The notes beneath the pieces were generated by a model that was not told where the DNA came from, searched no databases, and saw nothing but the letters and a program-made list of their open reading frames with translations. DNA of 39,722 nucleotides from Pelomyxa schiedti (lineage: Eukaryota; Protista; Evosea), in the NCBI GenBank assembly GCA_020536535.1, contig JAHLWZ010000946.1, positions 1 through 39,722 of the forward strand. The letters are read 5' to 3'. The number at the start of each line of letters is the position of its first letter. The first letter of the stretch is position 1. This document shows positions 11,297 through 20,983 of this stretch, one piece after another. The position numbers and the translations under genes were made by a program.

Positions 11297-13211
11297 TCAG
11301 ACATCATGGCTTCTTCCCACTCCCTTTTTATCCTCCAATTCCACTTCTTGGAATGCCTTTGATAGCCCACCACCGGCGGTGTCCTGTTTTACAAATGCCC
11401 ACCCACAAGCCCAAAATGCCACGCTGAGGCACATCACTGCCGGCACAATTGCGATTGCAAGCCGGAGGTTCCCTGTGGAATCTGATATGGCTCCCACAAT
11501 GGCGGGGCTGGCCGCGTCACCAAAGGCGTGTATGAACAGAATTCCAACGGCATTGGAGCGGCCCCGCATGTTGGCCGATACACAATTGGTTATAATTGCA
11601 TTGATAGGCCCTGTGTTGTTTGTGAGTGTATGTTGTTTTGGTGAGAGTATTTACTGTGTGCTTGTTGTACAAGAAAAGGATTCAGTGTTTGTTTGGTGTT
11701 ATTGAAGCTGGGGAATACCGTTAAAGAACCAGGAGAAGAAGACTATGAAGAAAAACAGGAGCTCCACAACAAGCTTTGGCAAAGTGATTACAAGTGCTAA
11801 AAACCCCAGTGAAAGGGCAAAGCCTTGCGATACAGTGCTCACTGCGAAGTATGGTTGTTCAAAGGATTTTCTGACAATGTCGGCCAGAACCCCACCCACA
11901 ATAGTGCCTGCTAAACCACCCACCATAACAATAGCCCCTACCACAACGTCTGCTTCTGCAATGGTGGCATCATAGTACCTAGTTAAGCCTCCATTAATAC
12001 GGTCCCTATTTTATTTGTGTACCTGGAGAAGAATGTTGGAAGCCAGTCTGACAATGCGCCCATCCCAAAGGTCACAGCAATATAACCGCATGTGGCGAAT
12101 ACCCATGCTCTATTCCGAAAAAGAATCTGTCACATAATTTGAGTGAGTAACGGTGGGAAGGAAGTGAAACCTTGAGCCCCTCTATTACTGGTGGAGTGGT
12201 AGATTTGGAGCTTTGTGAAACTAGACCAACTGAGGTATCCCTTTTCCCTGCCTCACCACTCTTCGGCGATTCTGTATTATCTGCTTCCCCTGTTACATCC
12301 TCTACAATGCTGCTTGCTCCTTCCGTGTCCACAACATCAAATTGGCCACGAGGCGGTTCTTTAAGTGCAGCCACGCATAGAGCAAAAAATAGTCCCGGCA
12401 CACCACTCACCAAAAAAGCCATTCGCCACCCAAAATTTTGTCCTACGAAGCCCCCAATTGCGTAGCCGAGTGCTACTCCAACAGGGATCACAACATAGTA
12501 CGCAGTGAGGGCTTTTGAGACTTGATGCTTGGGGAAGTAATCTGCTATGAGCGCAGGTGATACAGAGGTGTAAACAGCTGCATTTGTGTGGTTTGTTCTA
12601 CTTGAGAGTGAATTCATACAAAGAAACAAGAAAAAAAAAACTGTACGAGGCAAGAGGAAAGTACCTTCACCAATTCCAACAATGGTTCTGGGAATAAGTA
12701 AGGACCAGAAGGTATTGCATAGAGAGGATGCGCATGTAGCTGCTGACCACACCAATACCCCTGCCATAAGGAGGTACTAGTGTACTATTAATCGCCGAAA
12801 GGGAGCACAAACTCAATCAATCAACCTTTCTGGAAATCCCTTTATCTCCAATGTATCCAAAGACAGGAGCTGCAAGCATCTCCGCGATAACAAAGGTTGT
12901 GAGAAGAAGACCTGTTGGAATATCCATGAATTAATCCCCGATACTTACCAAAGGGGAAGAAGGAACGCCAGTTACAACACGAGGGAAAATAAAACAGACA
13001 GACCAGTCTGGAGATCAGACAGGTCCAAATCACTCTTTATCAGTTCCTTGTTGGCACTTGGAATATACCTTGGTTTTCGTGTCATACAGCTGAAAAACCC
13101 ACAATGGGGGAAGGGAGGGAAAAAAAACCTGTCGAAGTAATTAAAAGCACTCACAGTGGTCAAAACCACGAGACCAACGTATTTATTCCCAAGGAAACCT
13201 CCAACCCCCAT
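11297..13211 (-). CDS. Spinster-family (SPNS-like) MFS transporter, multi-exon
   Basis: Motifs FNYFDRYI, APVFGYIGDK, GVLVWSAAT, RTIVGIGE, PALIADYFP, IPVGVALGY, WRMAF, IHAFGDAASPAIVGAISD are characteristic of spinster-type MFS proteins. Confidence 0.9.
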
Positions 13212-13443
13212 TCTTCGTTTCTGTTGTTCGAATCCCTTGTGTGGCTTTTTTTTTCTTCTTGTAGGAAACGCGTTTGTGATTGGAGAATTTGCGGTGAAAA
13301 AGTCCTGAGAAGGGACACACGGAAGTGTTACAGGACAATGCATCATTCAACCCTTGTCAGTTTTATACTGACAATCATAAAACAAAGATGCCTTTTTATG
13401 GAATGGTTTTTCTTTTCCATTGTTTCTAGTGTTGATTGGGGTC

Positions 13444-15325
13444 CTAGAACACACCAGGGATGATGTGATTGGGTACAATCTTGCAGTACTCAGCCCAGGA
13501 CTCCCCATACTTGTGCTTTAGGCGCGAAGAGTCGCGGAACGACCTGTGCACAAGTAGCAGTGTCATGTAGATGATATAAAAGTATGGCATCACGTTCCTT
13601 TGTGAGACTGGTTATGAAAGCAGGCAACGTATAGGAAGGGAATACTTGAAACCACAGGGCAGACAAAAGGCCAGGGACATGGCTAGATCACCCACATAAT
13701 TAAAGTGTCTTGCCTGGGGAATAGTGAATGCCAGCAACATCAAACAGGAACACTCACCAATCCCCAGAAACCACTGGTCAAGAGTTTTGATTTGTGCTGT
13801 CGTCCATCAGAAGTTGAATACTCAGCTTGAACGAACCTAAGGACAGTGTAAGAGACACTTAACCGGGGTTGCAGTACGTGGCTGGCTTTCCCCATATATC
13901 GCATTTTCCGTCTTTTGCCCGGAAATAATCTTTCTGGGAATTAGCCCCCCTGAAGATGAAGTATCCAACACCTCCGAGTGCAAGAATACAACCAAACCAC
14001 CACCATTCCAATACAACGGGGTTGTAAACCAAGTAGAACCCCTGAAACTGGAGTTACTGAAGGGTCAACCCAAGGGCTCAAACCTGGAGAGTGTACATGC
14101 ATGGTAACCATACAGAGTCGCCCCATGATAGCATCCACCCAAAGTGGTCGTGGGCTATGTCAATGGTTTTTAAGTACCAGGCCTCATTCCAAAAGAAGTC
14201 ACCCACATAGAGAGCTTGAAGAAGGGTGACCAGGATCAAAGAATTTGAGACATAGCCATACTTACTAATGAAGGTTAAAAGAAACGTGAGAACAATGGGT
14301 AATTACTGATATTGTGCAGCCATGAAAGAAAAATTGATGAGGTCCCACCCTCCAATACCAGGCCTCCCATTGAAAAACAGTTTGAAATCAAGATTGCCTA
14401 TGCGTGGATTGCATTCAATTCCCATATAGAAGTCATACGCCCAACTTTGGTATAAAATAAATTTAAAAGTGTAAAAATGTAACTGCACAACATACTTTCC
14501 AGAAACCTTGCAGTCGTCAGGGTGTGTTGGGAAGTAATGAGCTTTGATATACGAAAATATAGAAAGGCCAAATCCAAAAATATTGGCGAGGACAAGAATC
14601 TTGGGCCACAGATCAAACAGTCTGTATGCCGGAAGAACTGAAGAGGAAAATTATACAATGCAATCATTTTTTTACAAAGTTACCTCCACTAAGAGTTAGC
14701 ACTGCAAACGCAATATGAGTGATGACCATCATCCTCCATCCATTTACGCGGTATATAAGCCTACATGTTACTTAACTACGTATTATAAATCAAAAAGCGC
14801 ACTTGTTCCCTGCTGGAGTGAGTTGACCTTCAGCAATAGGGGAAGGGAAATATAAATAAAATAATATCTACTTGCGTTAGGCTAAACGAAGGAGTGACAT
14901 GGCGAAGCAAACTTGAAGAGTCATCCAGGATATATAGAGGGTCACCGACGAAACCCAGTCGTGTGGGTTGTCAACAACTACTCCCCAGAGAGTCGACACC
15001 ATAGTATTAAAAAGTGAGCGTAGGCCCTGAGACTCCACTACACGAAGCGGCTCATTGACAAGAGAGCAAGTGTAGTTCTCACAACAAATGTAACAGTAAT
15101 AAAAGGCCTTTTTCCCAAAGAGATTAGAGTAGAAACAATAAAACGGAAACATACTGAAGGAGTCAAGAACATCAAAGGAGTGCCCAACTTTGTCAACAAG
15201 TCCAAAGCCGCGTAGTTCCTTCCCCACATTATTTCCTTCTCCCCACCCTCCTTCATGGATCTCGGAAGATCCGCATTTTTCTTGCGGCTTTGTGTCTTCT
15301 TTGTCTTTGTCTGGGTCTTTTTCAT
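13444..15325 (-). CDS. DHCR7: 7-dehydrocholesterol reductase (sterol delta-7 reductase, ERG4/ERG24 family), multi-exon; start may extend to ~15558
   Basis: WGR; [14 protein letters not shown]; EGQLTPAG; [26 protein letters not shown]; [39 protein letters not shown]; LLTSGFWG; RD..R...KYGESW; IIPGVF*. These match DHCR7 better than ERG24/LBR. Confidence 0.92.
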
Positions 15326-15732
15326 TGCTATGGATCTCCGCTCCCTCGTGTGGGCCTGTGTTTCCCTTTTGTTTGTTTTTCTCTGTCTAACTTTTCTGTG
15401 GACGCGTGTTTTCTCTGTGAACAGATTATTAGTTCAGCGATGAAAACACCCTTGCTGAGTCCTGAAGGAATGGAGGTAACCTGACAAAACTATTGGTCAG
15501 TGAGCGCTTACTGTTGCTGTTGAATCACCCTCGGAGAGGCAGGACCGGAAAGCGACATTTCCACGGGGTTAGAAATAGAAAAGAATCTGCTCGAAGAAGA
15601 CAGTTGGAAAACTTCTGACGTAAAAGATTAAGAAGCCACGGAAAAAATGAAAGTAATTAGATCCTTTTTTTTTTAATTTTTCGTTCTCTCCGTCGGTACC
15701 CTCCGTCGCACGTCGCGTGAAGATCTGCCCCG

Positions 15733-16557
15733 ATGAAGTACAATCCACGTACGTCCCCCGCAAATAATCGTTTATTGCGATCTATGATCGTTGTTGTGGT
15801 GGTCTCGTTCCCTCGTGGCCGTTTTTTTGGGTGTTATTTTGTCGGCCTGTATCAACATATATCTGTCCATTACACCGAAGCCTCAAAACCAACCAACCAA
15901 ACAAAAAAAAAAACCCCGAAAGACAACTCTCATTACAACATAACACCCACCACTCAATGCACGAACCCTTAGTCATTGCCCCTAAGGTGTCAGCAGCTCC
16001 CGAAGAAAGTGCCGCAAAGCGCACTTCAGCGCCCCCTCGAGCATTAGGCGCAAAATCATGAGCTCCCCTCTCTCTAAAGAGCTCAAGGCCAAATACCACG
16101 TATGCGTAACCACCTTTACTGTAACATTGTACTTCGTTTGAGTTATCTCACGCCGTCACCAGCCCATCCTACTTCCACTTACACACTCCCCAGGTCAATT
16201 CCCTGCCCATTCGAAAGGATGACGAGGTTTTCGTTTTCCGAGGAGCTTTCAAGAACCGCGAGGGCAAAGTCACACAAGTCTACCGCAAAAAGTGGGTTAT
16301 TCACATCGACAAGCTCACCCGTGACAAATCAAACGGTGCGCTCCTTTCCCCTCTTATGCGTAGACTGTATTGACGCAATTTCAGGCGCCAGTGTTAATAT
16401 CGGCATTGACCCAAGCAAAGTGGTCATTACCAAACTGAAGCTCGACAAGGACCGCAAGGCCATTCTCGCTCGCCGCGATGCCTCCAAATACAACAAGGAT
16501 AAGCTCAAGGGTAAAATTGCCGCCCCTGTAGTTTCAGAAATGCAAAAGGTGGACTGA
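15733..16557 (+). CDS. RPL26: 60S ribosomal protein L26 (uL24), 4 exons, 147 aa
   Basis: Exons 15733-15748, 15987-16099, 16194-16335, 16385-16557 give [55 protein letters not shown]...[14 protein letters not shown]...[21 protein letters not shown]. Confidence 0.98.
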
Positions 16558-16757
16558 GTCTAGCAAACCATTCACATTATTCTCTTGTTTTTTTCACTCG
16601 AATTCAAAACACCAACACATTTCTGCTTGTTGCCTTCCGAGACCTCTTTATAAAAACAAAAAAAACCCCGGTTTTGTCAACGAAACAATAAGACCCTTTC
16701 CATTAAAGTATTTACAGCTAGATACAACACTCACAAGTTGTTGCCATAAGCCCGTTT

Positions 16758-18739
16758 CTAGTGCAACTTGGACTGCACAGAATCAAGTCCATCAAGCCAT
16801 TTCTGTGCGTTTTTGGTTGTGTCCTCAAATTTGTACGTCCTTTTACCCTGTTAAATGGTGAGGTGTGGGTGAATAACTAAAGAACGTACCGATTGGACAA
16901 AGAACTTTGCTGGCGGCTTGGACATACCGTAATGTATGCTGGAGTTTAATGGTACCTCTCCCTTGAGGGACAGTTCCTGGGGATGAATATACAACATCCG
17001 TGGTGTATTGGTAAGAAGAAGCTCCCGCTTCTGTGAGGATATTAGGGGATTGCGGTGTGGAAATACTGTTACCTGCGATGTGATTCCCTTGTGCTTGATA
17101 ACTGTGCCTGAAACTATAACGGCCTCACCTGGTTTTAGAAATCTTGCCCTTAACACAGTGAGATTTTTTATTCAAAGAGTAGGATACCTACCAATGAGCA
17201 GAATCGGCCGATTCGGCATGCGACGTAGCGGCAGTGCTGGCGGTTGTGCTTGCGGAGCTAGTGGTAGTGCCTGACGTTGTTGTTGTTGTTGCTGCTGCTG
17301 CTGAAGCTGGTGGTACTGTTGCTGACGGTGGGGCGGAAGGTGGGTCGTCAAATATGAGGGCTACAGGGAGTGGAGTGACTTCAGGAGGATCCTTTTCCCA
17401 CAAGCCTTGAAAACTGAGCCCCGCGAAGAATGGGTGTGACTTCAGCTCCTATGATGGTGTGTTAAAATAGTAAGGGAATGCAAGGCCTACATCATATCCC
17501 CGATAACCAAGCCGCTCGGTTGGATTAACAACTAGCAGTTTATCGATGAGGTCCATAAGCACAGGAGGGAAATTAGTTGGAAACTTCAGGTCCCTGCCTG
17601 ATATCCTCTGGAAGGTAAGCATATCTGTCTTTCCGTGGAAGGGAAAACGCCCTGTGGCCATCTGGTAGAGAATGCATCCTAGTCCCCAAAGATCCACCCT
17701 GGCAAAACATTACTCGGAATACATAGAAGAGAAAAGTTACGTTGGACCAATAAGGTCTAATTGAGCATTGAGTATTTCGGGACTCACATATTCTGCGGTG
17801 CCAACAAAGGAATTGGTTCTTTGTACCTCTTTTTTTTGTTGGCAAAAGTTCTTTTGCATGAATATGATACCTTGTGTAGGATTTGCTGCTTTTTCCTCAG
17901 GCGGCTTTGATAGATCCTTGGCTGTTCCGAAATCGATGAGCTTGAGGTGCATGGTTTTAGAGAGCAACAAGTTCTCGGGTTTCAAATCTCTAAGTATCTA
18001 TAAGTATGACTCATAGATAGGCACTGGGTACCTATGAATGATGCCTGTGGAGGGTTAATAGAAGGAAAGTACGAGAAATTGCACACCTCTTGAATGAAGG
18101 TGCTCTAAAGCATTTATTATTTCAGCACCATAAAACTGAATAACTGGTTCACAGAAGGTTTTGTGCTAAGACCTTTAGAAAATAGCTCAATATTGCAGGA
18201 CTCTACCTTTTGCATCAATTTCTATGTGGTCTTATTAGAGCCTGGGGAAGGGGGGAAGAAATTACCAACAATTCTCCGTTTGGACACAATTCCAGAACAT
18301 AATCTGGGGAAGTATTAAGAAGGAAGTGGTGCATGAATCCAGGACTCACGCAAGCTGGTTTCAGATCGAAATGTGCCATATAATTTGATAACATTTGGGT
18401 GATCAAGTTTGCACAAGATATCTCGTTCAGTAATCACATATTTCTGTTTGTTGAGCCTTATGATTTGTGCTTTCTCCAGCACCTTGATAGCAACTTCCCT
18501 GCCATTTTCTTTGTCCGTAGCAAGCATAACCTATCATACAAGTCAAAAAAAAAAAAAAGAAACAAAAAAAAACACACGGCTCCAAAAGAACCGATTCCGA
18601 GTTGCCTGCCCCAGTTGTAGTCTTCATAATGCTTGTTCTTTGGCTGGGCAGCGGCAGCGGCGGGCGGGGCACTAGGCTTCTGTGTGGCGTCTGTGTTGTT
18701 GGCGCTGTCGTCACTGGGATTGTTGTTGGTCGCAGACAT
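16758..18739 (-). CDS. PDK1: 3-phosphoinositide-dependent protein kinase 1 (AGC kinase + C-terminal PH domain), multi-exon
   Basis: LGIGSFG, VAIKVLEKAQII, IIHRDLKPENLLL, IDFGTAK, RTNSFVGTAEYVSPE, DLWGLGCILYQM, LKSHPFF; PDK1-type PH domain KRELLLTNTPRMLYIHP...KGEVP...RTYKFED; stop TAG. Confidence 0.95.
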
Positions 18740-18989
18740 GTCGTGGAAGGGGTCCGGTGCAATGTATCGTAAAGACACAAACTTGTTTGTTTTTTTTTTT
18801 TTTTTTGGTTTTTTGAAAAAACAAAAGGCAGGAAATCAGCAGAACTTCAGTGGCATCTTGTAATTCAAACTTTTTCCTTCTTTGTGTTGTGACGAAAGTG
18901 ACACTATGACAAGTGGGCAGGGCTGCTCATTGTGCAAAAAAAAACATAGTGAAGAGTGTAGTGATGAAAGGAAGGGTCTTCTATTTACT

Positions 18990-19953
18990 CTAGTGCTTGT
19001 AACCAATTTTGCGTAGAAAGGCCTTTCTTTCATCTTGATCAGCTTCTGTTTCCACTCCCAAAGGTGATTCCCCATCTTTTTTTGTTTTTGGTTTCAGTTA
19101 CGAGTGCTGTGGCTACAATTAGGTGATGTTTCATATACCTATAACACCCATTATTCCTCTCCCCTGTGCAGTTTTGGCTACAATTACTTGCACTGGGTTA
19201 CTAGTTGCACAAAAAATTCTGTTTCATGACCATTAACGCGAAAATGGAAATAAAAGAGTTGTACCTGCAAACTTCCGGAACTGATTTCAGTTGATTTAAA
19301 ATATTGATTGGGTACCCTTGCTTTAAAAAGATGAAAAAGCTATGACCAGCACCAACGCACATAGCTACGTTTGTGTATGAATTACTATAGGCGTAGGGAA
19401 AAAGAAGAGTGAGGAATACCATTTCGTTTGGCTGCCTCTATGCATTCCTGGTCATTACCTACACTTAGGTTAGTAAGGGACAAAAAAAAAAAGCTTCAAG
19501 AGAGGGAAATTGACCATCCCAACGAAGTAATCTAACACCCGAGGCTTCACAGAAAGCCTGCAACACTAGGCGTTAAAGAAAGAGTCAGCAGAATTTGCTA
19601 TCAAGACACATACGACGCCAAACTTGATGCTGATACCAGATTGAACAATAACTTCATACACATCCTCCACAGTCCTTTTCAGGCCCAATCGTAAGTCAGT
19701 GGTGCATACAAACAACAAAAAGAACAAAAGCAAAAAAAATACGAAAATACGGACACCAAAAAAAAAAAAAAAAGACAAGAATCATTCAAAACGCACAGTG
19801 TCATACAACACTAGTTTACTTGATGAAATGAGCTTGTCCCATAATGAAGTTGAGAGAATTAGGGTTGTCGATGGGTATGACAGAGAACTGGGCCTGTGGT
19901 TGCGGGGGCAGTGCTGTCGTCGCCGCAGTAGTAGGTGCTGTTGTCCCGTCCAT
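18990..19953 (-). CDS. Adenosine-specific kinase family protein (PF04008 / DUF355), intact copy, 7 exons, 180 aa
   Basis: Exons (minus strand) 19953-19820, 19674-19614, 19557-19515, 19458-19420, 19364-19265, 19218-19139, 19075-18990 total 543 nt and read ...[146 protein letters not shown], which follows the family consensus end to end. Confidence 0.93.
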
Positions 19954-19992
19954 GTTGTGCGACACTTGTGGGTTTGTTTCCTGGTTTTTTTC
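19731..19992. other. 262-bp non-palindromic central spacer (loop) containing exon 1 and the 5' part of intron 1 of the adenosine-specific-kinase-family gene
   Basis: Symmetry breaks at 19731/19992 (one mismatch, 7 further A:T matches, then divergence). The minus strand reads ATG at 19953: [44 protein letters not shown], then a GT donor at 19819. Confidence 0.95.
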
Positions 19993-20048
19993 CTTTTGTT
20001 CTTTTTGTTGTTTGTATGCACCACTGACTTACGATTGGGCCTGAAAAG

Positions 20049-20733
20049 GACTGTGGAGGATGTGTATGAAGTTATTGTTCAATCTGGTATCAGCATCAAG
20101 TTTGGCGTCGTATGTGTCTTGATAGCAAATTCTGCTGACTCTTTCTTTAACGCCTAGTGTTGCAGGCTTTCTGTGAAGCCTCGGGTGTTAGATTACTTCG
20201 TTGGGATGGTCAATTTCCCTCTCTTGAAGCTTTTTTTTTTTGTCCCTTACTAACCTAAGTGTAGGTAATGACCAGGAATGCATAGAGGCAGCCAAACGAA
20301 ATGGTATTCCTCACTCTTCTTTTTCCCTACGCCTATAGTAATTCATACACAAACGTAGCTATGTGCGTTGGTGCTGGTCATAGCTTTTTCATCTTTTTAA
20401 AGCAAGGGTACCCAATCAATATTTTAAATCAACTGAAATCAGTTCCGGAAGTTTGCAGGTACAACTCTTTTATTTCCATTTTCGCGTTAATGGTCATGAA
20501 ACAGAATTTTTTGTGCAACTAGTAACCCAGTGCAAGTAATTGTAGCCAAAACTGCACAGGGGAGAGGAATAATGGGTGTTATAGGTATATGAAACATCAC
20601 CTAATTGTAGCCACAGCACTCGTAACTGAAACCAAAAACAAAAAAAGATGGGGAATCACCTTTGGGAGTGGAAACAGAAGCTGATCAAGATGAAAGAAAG
20701 GCCTTTCTACGCAAAATTGGTTACAAGCACTAG
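20049..20733 (+). pseudogene. 5'-truncated mirror copy of the adenosine-specific-kinase-family gene (exons 2-7 only)
   Basis: Identical to exons 2-7 of the left copy. Upstream, intron 1 is cut at 19993 and runs into the antisense strand of exon 1, so the ATG exon and its donor site are missing. Confidence 0.88.
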
Positions 20734-20983
20734 AGTAAATAGAAGACCCTTCCTTTCATCACTACACTCTTCACTATGTTTTTTTTTGCACAATGAGCAG
20801 CCCTGCCCACTTGTCATAGTGTCACTTTCGTCACAACACAAAGAAGGAAAAAGTTTGAATTACAAGATGCCACTGAAGTTCTGCTGATTTCCTGCCTTTT
20901 GTTTTTTCAAAAAACCAAAAAAAAAAAAAAAAACAAACAAGTTTGTGTCTTTACGATACATTGCACCGGACCCCTTCCACGAC

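Larger units (their letters stand above)
1..19730. repeat. Left arm of a 19.73-kb inverted repeat spanning the whole window
   Basis: Every ORF outside the centre has a mirror on the opposite strand with coordinates summing to 39723, so there are no net indels. The termini ttttccccc / gggggaaaa and spot-checked homopolymers (e.g. the 17-nt T run at ~18790) match. The first mismatch is 19731 vs 19992. Not every base was compared by eye. Confidence 0.99.

Noticed and set aside
11139-11705. Long ORFs such as 11139-11705 (+), 7259-7762 (+), 8017-8391 (-) and 4724-5287 (-)
   Set aside because: They are antisense shadows of real exons and have no independent motifs.
15436-15484. C/D-box snoRNA-like pattern (gcgatga...ctga...ctga)
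   Set aside because: Box C is non-canonical, the element is short, there is no clear terminal stem or verifiable rRNA target, and it lies antisense to possible DHCR7 5' exons.
17275-17305. (TGT)n/(GCT)n microsatellite
   Set aside because: Encodes an ordinary poly-Thr/Ala linker between the PDK1 kinase and PH domains.
19699-20157. 152-aa ORF crossing the palindrome centre
   Set aside because: It is a chimera of antisense intron/exon 1 sequence and the truncated copy, created by the fold-back junction.
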